64,000 nt of DNA from positions 20,164-84,163 of the forward strand of contig CAWKHN010000009.1 in the NCBI GenBank assembly GCA_963849495.1. The letters are read 5' to 3'. Positions 36,971-45,541 of the stretch are shown piece after piece. The stretch's first letter is position 1, and each line of letters starts with the position of its first letter. The DNA is from an uncultured Chloroflexia bacterium. GTDB lineage: Bacteria > Chloroflexota > Limnocylindria > Limnocylindrales > CSP1-4. Both the position numbers and the translations under genes were made by a program. A model generated the notes under the pieces. That model was not told where the DNA came from. It saw only the letters and a list, made by a program, of their open reading frames with translations, and searched no databases.

Positions 36971-37792
36971 CTACGAGCCGGTGACGTACTCGCCGCCATC
37001 GACTCCAATGACCTCACCGTTGATGAACTCAGTGCCGTCGCCGGACAGCGCGAGGATCGCGTTCGCCACGTCCCGCGGTGTCGTCATCCGACCGGTCGGG
37101 TTGCGCTTCGTGGCGGCCGCGATGATGGCGTCCTTCTCCGGGATCTTCATCAGGGCAGGCGTGAGGGTCACGCCCGCGCGGATCGCGTTCGCCGTGACGC
37201 CTGTGTCGAGGCGGGCCAGCTCCATGGCCAGCTGCCGGATGTGCGATTCGAGCGCCGCTTTCGCAGACGACACGACCCCGTAGCTGGGGACGACCCGTGT
37301 GGAGCCCTCGGATGTCATGGCGAAGATCTTTGAGCCGGACTCGAGGAAGCCGCCGCGCCACAGGTCCTGGACCCAGTAGACGAGGCTGTTCGCCATGACG
37401 TCCTGGGTCATCTCCATCTTCTTGCGGTCGACGCCCGCCTTCGGGTCGCCGGTCAGGAACGGGACCAGGGAACCGAACGCGAGCGAGTGCATGACGACCC
37501 GGACATACGGGTGCCGGCCCGCGGCGCGTGATCGCTCGAAGCGCTCGCTGAGCGTCGACAGCGCCGTCGCCCGCTTCTCGTCGTCGGCCGCGTTCATGTT
37601 CAGGTACAGCGCCTCGGATCCGGCGGCGGCGATCTTCGCCTTGACCTCCTCGACGTGTCCCACCGCCGCGCGAAAGTCCAGGTGGATGCCGGCGATCCGG
37701 TATCCGGCGGCCGCGAGGGTCAGCGCCGTGGCCTCGCCCATGCCCGAGGATGCACCGAGGATCAGAGCCCATCGCTCGCGGTCGTCGGTCAT
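36971..37792 (-). CDS. SDR oxidoreductase, enoyl-ACP reductase (FabL/FabI)-like
   Basis: LGASSGMG Rossmann motif and Y-x6-K catalytic spacing (YGVVSSAK). Confidence 0.82.
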   Translation of the reverse strand: MTDDRERWALILGASSGMGEATALTLAAAGYRIAGIHLDFRAAVGHVEEVKAKIAAAGSEALYLNMNAADDEKRATALSTLSERFERSRAAGRHPYVRVVMHSLAFGSLVPFLTGDPKAGVDRKKMEMTQDVMANSLVYWVQDLWRGGFLESGSKIFAMTSEGSTRVVPSYGVVSSAKAALESHIRQLAMELARLDTGVTANAIRAGVTLTPALMKIPEKDAIIAAATKRNPTGRMTTPRDVANAILALSGDGTEFINGEVIGVDGGEYVTGS

Positions 37793-37892
37793 GCTGGCAC
37801 CTCCGGGGCGTCTCATGGAAACCCGCCGGTCAGGGGGCGACGGCCGGGCCGTCCGAGTCTACCAGCGCCACCTGCCGGTCCGGCCCTGTTGG

Positions 37893-37930
37893 TGCTATTT
37901 TGTCATCTACCTAATTCGTCACTTGCCGAA
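37893..37930 (+). promoter_or_regulatory. Extended -10 plus two tandem 16-bp operator-like sites for the SdpR-type repressor
   Basis: TGcTATTTT 37893-37901; TTTGTCATCTACCTAA 37899-37914 and TTCGTCACTTGCCGAA 37915-37930 (11/16 identical). Confidence 0.6.
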
Positions 37931-37941
37931 GCCGGAGCCTG

Positions 37942-38223
37942 ATCACGAACCGCGTCTATCGGGCGCTGGGCGATCCCACGCGACGCCGGGTCCTGTCGCT
38001 GCTCCGGGAGCGGCCGATGACCGCGGGCGAGCTGGCCCGCCAGTTCGATCTCACCTGGCCCACGATGTCGGGCCATTTCGCAGTGCTGCGCGAGGCGGGC
38101 CTTGTGCAGGCTGACCGGACCGGCTCGACGGTCACGTACCGCCTCAATCAGACGGTGCTCCAGGAGGCATTGATGGCTCTGCTCGATGCACTCGGCGTTG
38201 ATCCGGGGGTTCGCACGTCGTGA
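37942..38223 (+). CDS. ArsR/SdpR-family autorepressor (non-canonical start)
   Basis: In-frame extension of track ORF 38017..38223 gives (I)TNRVYRALGDPTRRRVLSLLRERPMTAGEL; there is no ATG/GTG/TTG after the in-frame TAA at 37912-37914. Confidence 0.85.
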   Translation: MTNRVYRALGDPTRRRVLSLLRERPMTAGELARQFDLTWPTMSGHFAVLREAGLVQADRTGSTVTYRLNQTVLQEALMALLDALGVDPGVRTS

Positions 38224-38897
38224 ACCTTCGCGTCTTCTACCGCGTGGGCGCCATCGCCCTGTTCGTGATGGTCGTCACCGGCGCATGGGGCCTGCTCGTG
38301 GTGGGGCCGGGCGCCACCGTGCCGATTCACTGGAATGTGAACGGCGACGCCGACGGCTACGCCCCGGCGCTGGTCGCCTTCGCGTCAACGCCCCTGATCA
38401 CGCTGGGGCTGATCGCGCTGCTCGCGATCGTACCCAGGATCGAGCCCCGGAGGGCCAACCTGCGGCGATCCGCGGCCGCGTACCAGACCGTCGGGACCTC
38501 GCTTCTGGCGCTGATGGTGGTCGTCCATCTCGTTGTCCTGCTTGCCGCGATCGGATCCCCCGTCGCGATGGGAACCGTGATCGGCGGTGCGGTCGGTGTC
38601 CTGTTCATCGCCCTCGGCAACGTGCTGGGAACGGTGCGCAGCAACTTCCTGTTCGGCGTTCGCACCCCCTGGACACTGTCGAGCGACCTGGCCTGGGATC
38701 GGACCCACCGTGTTGTCGGCCGGCTGTTCGTCTGCGCCGGCGTCCTGATGGTGCCGCTCGCGCTGACCGGTCGAATGGTGCTCGTTATCGCCACCATGGT
38801 CGTGTTCGTGATTGCGATCCTCGTTGTTGCGGTCGTGTATTCCTATCGCGTCTGGAAGGGCGACCCGGACCGGCGATCCTTCGGAGGTAGCTCGTGA
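38220..38897 (+). CDS. SdpI family immunity membrane protein (with DUF1648 N-terminus)
   Basis: VPIHWNVNGDADG, LGNVLGTVRSNFLFGVRTPWTLSSDLAWDRTHR motifs. Confidence 0.92.
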   Translation: MNLRVFYRVGAIALFVMVVTGAWGLLVVGPGATVPIHWNVNGDADGYAPALVAFASTPLITLGLIALLAIVPRIEPRRANLRRSAAAYQTVGTSLLALMVVVHLVVLLAAIGSPVAMGTVIGGAVGVLFIALGNVLGTVRSNFLFGVRTPWTLSSDLAWDRTHRVVGRLFVCAGVLMVPLALTGRMVLVIATMVVFVIAILVVAVVYSYRVWKGDPDRRSFGGSS

Positions 38898-40285
38898 GCC
38901 TGAATGGGTTCGACTCCCTGACTCCCCAGTTGCTGTTGCTGCTCGTACCCCTGGTCATCCTTCAGTTCGGGCTGCTCGTGATCGCGGTGATCGACCTGCT
39001 GCGGGACGATCGGCAGGTTCGCGGGGGCAACAAGGGCGTGTGGGCTGTCGTGATCGTGTTCGTGAGCATGATCGGACCGATCCTGTACTTCCTGATCGGG
39101 CGTGAGGACAGGCCGGTCGACACGCAGGCACCCGGACCGGGCGCGATGCCCGGATGGGGAAGCCCCAACGACCCCCCGTTGATCATGAGCCGGCCCGGGG
39201 TGCGCCCGGAGCCACCGGCAGCGTCAGCCGGGACGCCCGCGCCCGCTTCACCCGGGGTGGTCCCAAACCCGCTCGAAACCGGGCCGGTTGTCCCGCCTGC
39301 GGCCCAGCGACGGGCCGAACCGCGGCCGGACGCGCCCCCGGCGATCATGGTCGAAGGGCTCAGCAAGCGCTACCCGGGCGGTGTCCTCGCTCTCGATACG
39401 CTGACGATGGTCGTCCCGGCCGGCTCCGTGTTCGGGCTCCTCGGACCCAACGGTGCAGGCAAGACCACGTGTCTCCGGCTGCTGGCGGGCCTCACTCGTC
39501 CGACCGCCGGGCGGGCGGTGGTCGCGGGCATCGCGGTTGCCTCGAATGTGCTCGAGGCTCGCCGACGGCTCGGCTACCTGGAGCAGGATCCGCGCGCCTA
39601 CGGCTGGATGACGGGCCGGGAGCAGCTTCGGCTGCTGGGACGTCTCCACGGGCTGGAGGGAACATCCCTCGAGAGAGCGATCAGCGACGCGCTTGCGCGC
39701 GCTGACCTTGCCGACGCTGCCGACCGGCGCGCCGGGACCTACTCCGGGGGCATGCGGCAGCGACTCGGCATCGCCGGGGCGCTCGTGCACCGGCCGCCGA
39801 TCGTCATCCTCGACGAGCCGGTGAGCGCGCTCGATCCCGAAGGCAGGCGCGATGTCCTGAACCTGATCGCCGAGCTGCGAGGCGAGACCACCGTCCTGTT
39901 CTCCACGCATGTCCTCGCGGACGTCGAGCGGATCTGCGATCGGGTGGGGATCCTCGCTCACGGGCGGCTCGTCGTGGAGGGCACGCTGTCGGAGCTCCTG
40001 GATCGATATGCGCTGCCCGTCTATCGGGTGGAGGCCGAGCCCGGTCAGGGCGCCGCCCTGGACGCGCTCGCTCGACGGCTGGGCGGGCTGCCGTGGGTCA
40101 CCGGCACCGGCGTCGAGCACGGACTGCTCACGGTGGCCGTGTCCGATCCCGGCCTTGCAGCACGCGAGCTTCTGCCGGCGATCAGTGCGGAGGGGATCGG
40201 CGTCATCTCGGTGGCACGCGCGCGCCCCACCCTGGAAGACGTGTTCCTGCGCCTGACCACCGAGAGCCGGGAGTCGGCGGCATGA
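38894..40285 (+). CDS. PLDc_N-like 2-TM domain fused to an ABC transporter ATPase
   Basis: N-terminal IAVIDL...GNKGVWAVVIVFVSMIGPILYFLIGR, a Pro-rich linker, then GPNGAGKTT, YSGGMRQR, LDEP and STH in one uninterrupted frame. Confidence 0.88.
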   Translation: MSLNGFDSLTPQLLLLLVPLVILQFGLLVIAVIDLLRDDRQVRGGNKGVWAVVIVFVSMIGPILYFLIGREDRPVDTQAPGPGAMPGWGSPNDPPLIMSRPGVRPEPPAASAGTPAPASPGVVPNPLETGPVVPPAAQRRAEPRPDAPPAIMVEGLSKRYPGGVLALDTLTMVVPAGSVFGLLGPNGAGKTTCLRLLAGLTRPTAGRAVVAGIAVASNVLEARRRLGYLEQDPRAYGWMTGREQLRLLGRLHGLEGTSLERAISDALARADLADAADRRAGTYSGGMRQRLGIAGALVHRPPIVILDEPVSALDPEGRRDVLNLIAELRGETTVLFSTHVLADVERICDRVGILAHGRLVVEGTLSELLDRYALPVYRVEAEPGQGAALDALARRLGGLPWVTGTGVEHGLLTVAVSDPGLAARELLPAISAEGIGVISVARARPTLEDVFLRLTTESRESAA

Positions 40286-41055
40286 ACGGCCTGGCGATCC
40301 TGATCCGCAAGGAGTTGCTCGAATCCTGGCGCACCCGCCGGCTGCCGGTCGTGGGCGCCCTGTTCCTCGTCGTCGGGATGGCATCCCCGCTCACCGCCAA
40401 GTACCTGCCCGAGATCCTCAAGTCGGCCCTCGGCGATCAGCTCACGATTCCGGTGCCGACACCCACCGCGACGATGGCGCTCGAGCAGCTCGCGAAGAAC
40501 CTCTCGCAGCTGGGGGCGCTGGTGGCCATCGCGATTGCGATGGGCAGCATCTCCGGCGAGCTGGATCGAGGCACCGCCGCGCTCGTCCTCGCCCAGCCGG
40601 CGACCCGGGCCGCGTTCGTGGTCGCCAAGCTGATCGGGATCGCCATCCTCCTGGGCGTGTCAACGCTGCTCGCGACGGCGGCGGCCTGGATCTACACGGC
40701 CGTGTTGTTCGAGCCGCTGCCGATCGGCGGCTGGGTCGCGATGGCGGTGCTGTCGTGGCTCGCGCTCGCGACGTGGGCTGGGTTGACCTTCCTGGCCTCC
40801 GCGGCCACCGGCTCCACCACGGCCGCAGCCGGCCTCGGATTCGTGACCTGGATCGTGGTCAGCATCGCCGCGGTCGTCCCGGCTCTCGACCGGCTGCTGC
40901 CGACCGGCCTGACCGTTCCCGCGATCCAGCTTGCGGCCGGCACGACCGGGGACCTCGACGCGGGGCGGTTGACCACGGCTGTCATTGGGACGGTCGTCCT
41001 GATCGGAGCGTCGCTGGCCGCGTCGGTGATCGCCTTCCGTCGCCGGGAGCTGTGA
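40282..41055 (+). CDS. ABC-2 type permease (YxlG-like)
   Basis: LIRKELLESWRTRR, SISGELDRGTAALVLAQP; about 6 TM segments. Confidence 0.88.
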   Translation: MNGLAILIRKELLESWRTRRLPVVGALFLVVGMASPLTAKYLPEILKSALGDQLTIPVPTPTATMALEQLAKNLSQLGALVAIAIAMGSISGELDRGTAALVLAQPATRAAFVVAKLIGIAILLGVSTLLATAAAWIYTAVLFEPLPIGGWVAMAVLSWLALATWAGLTFLASAATGSTTAAAGLGFVTWIVVSIAAVVPALDRLLPTGLTVPAIQLAAGTTGDLDAGRLTTAVIGTVVLIGASLAASVIAFRRREL

Positions 41056-41164
41056 GCGGCGAACAGGCGGCAGGCTCCGACCCTGACCAACTGGGACCAG
41101 CCCGAGCAGCCGCGGGGCGCTGGCTTGCCGCTTCGTCCGGGCGCCGGCGAGCACCGGAATCAGA

Positions 41165-41189
41165 ACAGCCCCGCCGTCGGCGGGGCTGT
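41165..41189 (-). terminator. Intrinsic terminator downstream of rpmE (probably bidirectional)
   Basis: 11-bp stem ACAGCCCCGCC-GTC-GGCGGGGCTGT, followed on the minus strand by TTCTGATT. Confidence 0.7.
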
Positions 41190-41213
41190 CATCGCAGTCG
41201 CGAGAGGAGCTGG

Positions 41214-41426
41214 TCAGGCGCGCGCCTGGCGCTCCATGCGGCGCTGGAACCGTTCGACCTGGCCCGCGGTGTCGATGATGTTCTGCTTGCCCGTGAAGAA
41301 CGGGTGGCAGTTGCTGCACACGTCCACGCGAAGCTCCTGGCGGGTGGACCCGACGACGAAGTCGGTACCGCACGAGCCGCAATGGACGGTTGCCTGGAAG
41401 TACTTGGGATGCGTGTCGTTCTTCAC
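41214..41426 (-). CDS. rpmE: 50S ribosomal protein L31 (Zn-ribbon type)
   Basis: MKNDTHPKY, CGSC and CSNCHPFFTGKQ...DTAGQVERF. Confidence 0.97.
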   Translation of the reverse strand: MKNDTHPKYFQATVHCGSCGTDFVVGSTRQELRVDVCSNCHPFFTGKQNIIDTAGQVERFQRRMERQARA

Positions 41427-41500
41427 CGGTGCTCCTTCGACGCCGTCCGCACGGGCCTCGTGCCCGCCGGTGGTCGCCGCTGTTGGTCAGCGCCCGATCG

Positions 41501-41785
41501 CTACGCCTCGGCGACGGCCGCCTCGGCGGCGTCGACCGGGATGACGCGAATGCGCTTCTTGTCGCGGGTCGCGTGCTCGAAGCGCACCTTCCCGTCGACG
41601 GTCGCGAAGACCGTGTAGTCGTGGCCGAGCCCCGCCCCTTCGCCGGCCTTGAAGGTCATGCCGCGCTGGCGAACGATGATCGTCCCGGCCGTCACGAGCT
41701 GGCCGTCACCGGCCTTCACGCCGAGGCGCTGGCCGACGCTGTCGCGGCCGTTCTTGGAGCTCGACCCGGCTTTCTTGTGCGCCAT
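41501..41785 (-). CDS. rpmA: 50S ribosomal protein L27
   Basis: [22 protein letters not shown] and IIVRQRG. Confidence 0.98.
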   Translation of the reverse strand: MAHKKAGSSSKNGRDSVGQRLGVKAGDGQLVTAGTIIVRQRGMTFKAGEGAGLGHDYTVFATVDGKVRFEHATRDKKRIRVIPVDAAEAAVAEA

Positions 41786-41787
41786 GG

Positions 41788-42519
41788 CTAGTCGTCCTTC
41801 TTCGTGCGCGTCCGCTTCCGCGTCGCCGCGTCGGTGGTCTCGTCGGTCGCGGCCGCCGCGTCATCAGAAGCTGCCGCCTTTGCCCGCGGCTTTCGGGCCG
41901 GCTTGGCGGGCGCGTCCGCGGCGGCGTCGCTGGTGGCGGTCTGCGGATCGGCCGGAGCCACCGCGTCTGTCGTCGTGGCCTCCGTCTCGGCAGAAGCGAC
42001 ATCGTCGGTCGTCGCCGCTTCCGCGACCGCAGCCTTGGAGCGCGCGCGCTTTGGCGCCGGTGCCTCGGCCGGGGCCGTGCGGGCAGCGAGCTTCGCGGCG
42101 AGGGCCGCATCCTCGGCCGCCTGCCGTGCGGCGGTTTCCTGCAGACGCTGGCGCTCGGTCTTCTTGGCGTCCTCGGCCTTGGCCTCGGTGGCTGCCGCGC
42201 TCTTGCCGTTGAACCGGATGTCTGCGATGCGAAGGACCGTGTAGTCCTGGCGATGTCCCTTCTTCACCCGTCGGCGTGCCTTCGGGCGGTACTTGAAGGC
42301 GATGACCTTGTCACCGCGATCACGGCCGATGACCTCGGCCTCCACGGCTGCATCGGCAACGACGGGGGTTCCCACCGCTGCCTCGGCCCCGTCGGCGACC
42401 AGGAGCACCCGGTCCAGCGTGATCGACTGGCCGGCCTCGACGTCGAGCAGCTCCACCTCGAGCTCGGTGCCGACCTCGACGCGGTACTGCTTCCCGCCGG
42501 TCTCAATGACTGCGTACAT
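41788..42519 (-). CDS. rplU: 50S ribosomal protein L21 with long C-terminal extension
   Basis: [14 protein letters not shown]...KGHRQDYT, followed by ~140 extra low-complexity residues. Confidence 0.96.
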   Translation of the reverse strand: MYAVIETGGKQYRVEVGTELEVELLDVEAGQSITLDRVLLVADGAEAAVGTPVVADAAVEAEVIGRDRGDKVIAFKYRPKARRRVKKGHRQDYTVLRIADIRFNGKSAAATEAKAEDAKKTERQRLQETAARQAAEDAALAAKLAARTAPAEAPAPKRARSKAAVAEAATTDDVASAETEATTTDAVAPADPQTATSDAAADAPAKPARKPRAKAAASDDAAAATDETTDAATRKRTRTKKDD

Positions 42520-42605
42520 GGGTCCTCGGAACATCGTGGCGGCCGCGGAATGGCCGCAGCGTGGACAGGAAGGGACGCCGCGCGGTTTCGCGGGCGCGAA
42601 CGGGG

Positions 42606-42635
42606 ATTGTAGGGTGGATCCGCGAGCCCCGTCAA
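42606..42635 (-). promoter_or_regulatory. Sigma70-type promoter of rplU-rpmA-rpmE
   Basis: TTGACG (42635-42630)-N18-TACAAT (42611-42606). Confidence 0.7.
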
Positions 42636-43435
42636 CGATGGGGCGGTTCACGTCTCACGGGCAGCGGTCCGACCCCGTTCACCGGGCGGCCCGCTCTGTC
42701 CGAGGTGAGGATCAGCCGCTCGCGGGTGGTCGACACGGCGGCGAGATGTGCCTCGAGCCGGTCGCCCAGCTCGGCGAGCACCTCCTCGGGACGGCCGACG
42801 CCTCGCTCGGGGTCGTGGCGGAGCTCCATCCGGATCACGAGGTTGGCAGCCGCCTCCCGACCGGCCGGCTCGACCACCTCCACGTCGGCGACGAACGGGC
42901 GGAGGTCGTAGGCCACGGCCTTGTCGCCCCTGCGACGTGTCCGGGGAAGCGTCGGCATGGCGAGGATGCCGGCCACGGCCCCACGGAGGGCGTCGCTGCC
43001 GACCGGGGACGGCGCCAGCTCGACGCGATACAGCGACGCGACGACCTGGCCGGGCAGCGCCGCTTCGCCGAGCCAGACGTCGAAGACCTCCAGGAGGCGG
43101 CTTCCCGCGGGCAGGCACCCGCCGAGCGCCTCGCGCACTTGCCACCGGGGCAACCGCTCGCCGAGCCACACGTCGACGAGCTCCGCCTCACCCGGGACGC
43201 CGACGGGAAGGGGCGCCGCGATCGCGAGCCGCGGCTTGGGAGGATCGGCATCGAGCCCCGCGACCGGAAGGCCGGATCCTCGCAGGGCGTCCTCCAGGGC
43301 GGAGAGGGTTGCCCGCTGCGGCTGATCGGGCAGAGGCGCATCTCGGGACACCACCAGGCGCCATCGCTGCACGGCTTCCCGGAGCGGTCTCGGGCGCGGA
43401 GCCGGCTGGGCGGAGGAGCTTGGGCGGTCGGTCAC
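42632..43435 (-). CDS. DUF2344/TIGR03936 radical-SAM-associated protein
   Basis: KPRLAIAAPLPVGVPGEAELVDVWL and GVGRPEEVL; start GTG 43435. Confidence 0.82.
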   Translation of the reverse strand: MTDRPSSSAQPAPRPRPLREAVQRWRLVVSRDAPLPDQPQRATLSALEDALRGSGLPVAGLDADPPKPRLAIAAPLPVGVPGEAELVDVWLGERLPRWQVREALGGCLPAGSRLLEVFDVWLGEAALPGQVVASLYRVELAPSPVGSDALRGAVAGILAMPTLPRTRRRGDKAVAYDLRPFVADVEVVEPAGREAAANLVIRMELRHDPERGVGRPEEVLAELGDRLEAHLAAVSTTRERLILTSDRAGRPVNGVGPLPVRREPPHR

Positions 43436-43454
43436 GTCTGCTAGTCTGCCGGGG

Positions 43455-44774
43455 ATGGAGCCAGCCGTCGCGCGCGATACGCATCCCGTCGCGCTCCCCT
43501 CGCGGAGGATGGGCGCGCCGACCCCGCGGGTCGCCACGGTGATCGCGGCGGCCGCCCTGCTGGTGCTGATCGCCATGCTCGCCTCGGGCGCGATCAAGCC
43601 GTTCCTGCTTGGCGTGCTCCTCGTGTACCTGCTCGGACCATCGGTGGACCGGCTCGCGCGCCTCGGCATCCCGCGCAGCCTTGCCGTTCTGATCATGTTC
43701 GCCGTGGTGATCGCGGTGGTGGCGGTCGTGGGCGCCGTCGCGCTGGCTCCACTCATCGCGCAGGTCCAGCTGTTCATCGCCGACCTGCCGAGCATCGCGA
43801 CGGACCTGCGCAAGGCACTCGTGGACTCCTACCAGGGATTGAACCTGGCGCCCGATGTCCGACGTGCCCTCGACAACGCGCTGAACAATGCCGGCTCAAG
43901 CCTCGGGGGCGTCGATGTCGGCTCGATCGTCGGCGCGATCGTCTCGCCGCTGGTCAGCTCGATCGTCGGCGTGCTGAGCACCATCACTGCCTACGCGATC
44001 CTGCCGGCATGGCTGTTCTTTGTGCTGAAGGACCGGCAGCGGCTGAGCGCCGCGCTCGAGCGGTCGCTTCCCCCGTCGTGGCGCGGCGATGTGTTCGCCC
44101 TGCTCGCGATTGCGAACCGGGTGTTCGGCAACTGGGTGAGAGGCCAGCTGATCCTGGGTGCCACGGTCGGCGTCTTCTCGTACGTCGGCCTGATGGTCCT
44201 CGCGACCTACGTGGATCCAGTGTTCGGGCGGTACGCGGTGCTGCTCGCGCTCGTCGCCGGGGTCATGGAGCTGGTGCCGTTCATCGGACCGATCATTGCC
44301 GCCATCCCCGCAGTCCTGATCGCCCTGACCACCGGACCCGGCGGGGTCCTGGCGGCCCTCGCGCTGTATGCGGCAATCCAGCTGCTCGAGAACAACATCC
44401 TCGTCCCGAAGATCCAGGGCGACGCCGTGGAGCTTCATCCATCGGCCGTCATGCTCGCGCTGGTTGTCGGGGCGGCGATCGCGGGCATCCTTGGGGCCAT
44501 CCTGTCGCTGCCGGTCGCCGCGGCCTCGCGGGACATCTTCCGATACGCCTTCCATCGCGTCGGCGAGCCGCCGGCGTCCGTGGACGAATCCCTCGCCCGC
44601 ATCTCTCCCCGGTTGACGTCCGCGGTGCGACGATCCGCCGTGGAAGCGTCCTCACCTCGACCTCCGGCGGCCTCTGTCGCGACACCCTTCGCGACGAGCC
44701 CTCCTCCGGGCCCGGGTTCGGTGTCTGCTCCGACGTCCCCTGAGCCGTCACCCTCGAACGAGGCGGTCCTGTGA
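43455..44774 (+). CDS. AI-2E (PerM/UPF0118) family transporter
   Basis: WVRGQL, MELVPFIGP, IQLLENNILVPKIQGDAVELHP and GILGAILSLP motifs. Confidence 0.93.
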   Translation: MEPAVARDTHPVALPSRRMGAPTPRVATVIAAAALLVLIAMLASGAIKPFLLGVLLVYLLGPSVDRLARLGIPRSLAVLIMFAVVIAVVAVVGAVALAPLIAQVQLFIADLPSIATDLRKALVDSYQGLNLAPDVRRALDNALNNAGSSLGGVDVGSIVGAIVSPLVSSIVGVLSTITAYAILPAWLFFVLKDRQRLSAALERSLPPSWRGDVFALLAIANRVFGNWVRGQLILGATVGVFSYVGLMVLATYVDPVFGRYAVLLALVAGVMELVPFIGPIIAAIPAVLIALTTGPGGVLAALALYAAIQLLENNILVPKIQGDAVELHPSAVMLALVVGAAIAGILGAILSLPVAAASRDIFRYAFHRVGEPPASVDESLARISPRLTSAVRRSAVEASSPRPPAASVATPFATSPPPGPGSVSAPTSPEPSPSNEAVL

Positions 44775-45538
44775 GCATCCCCGACCCGTACAAGGTCCTG
44801 CAGGTGGATTCCGAGGCCGAGATCGAGGTGATCGAGGCCGCCTACCGGCGTCTGGCGCGCAAGTACCACCCGGACGTGTCCTCGGGTCCCGACTCGGACG
44901 CCCGCATGGTTGCCATCAACCAGGCCTGGGAGGTGTTGCGCGACCCGACACGTCGGGCGGCAGTGGACCGCGCCCGTCTGCGCTCGACCGGTGCGGCCGC
45001 GCAGGCCGCCTCGGTCGAGAGTCGCGAGCGGACCGCCACCGGCGGTCGCGACCGATCTCCATCGGTGCCCCGGGCGGCTCGATCGGGGAGTGGCGCCGAC
45101 GAGCCGCCCGGTGCTCGCCGGCCATCCGCTCGCACGCACCAGGCACCCCCCGACTGGCCCATCCCGGGCATGCGCGATCCTTCGCACGAGGAGCCGGCGG
45201 ACCCGCGTCCGGATACGGTGTCACGAGACTGGACGACCGGCCGGTCCACAACCGGCAGCACGTATGATCCCGCGACCATGAGGTCGCCACAGGGTCAGGG
45301 GGCCGCCGGCCCGCCGCCGGGCCGGCCGTCCGGCGCCGTCCTCAACTTCGGCCGCTACTCGGGCTGGTCGCTGGGTGAGATCGCCCGTACGGACATCGAG
45401 TACATCGAGTGGCTCGACCGAATGCCGATCGGGCGCATGTACCAGCAGGAGATCGACGGGCTGCTCAGGTCGGCTGGACGGCGCAGGAGCGCCTCCGCCG
45501 CGGACACGAAGCGGCACGGGCTGTTCCGCCGGCGCTGA
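44771..45538 (+). CDS. J-domain protein with C-terminal FGRY/EYIEWL module
   Basis: DPYKVLQV...YRRLARKYHPD (HPD motif); C-terminal LNFGRYSGWSLGEIARTDIEYIEWL. Confidence 0.88.
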   Translation: MSIPDPYKVLQVDSEAEIEVIEAAYRRLARKYHPDVSSGPDSDARMVAINQAWEVLRDPTRRAAVDRARLRSTGAAAQAASVESRERTATGGRDRSPSVPRAARSGSGADEPPGARRPSARTHQAPPDWPIPGMRDPSHEEPADPRPDTVSRDWTTGRSTTGSTYDPATMRSPQGQGAAGPPPGRPSGAVLNFGRYSGWSLGEIARTDIEYIEWLDRMPIGRMYQQEIDGLLRSAGRRRSASAADTKRHGLFRRR

Positions 45539-45541
45539 ACG

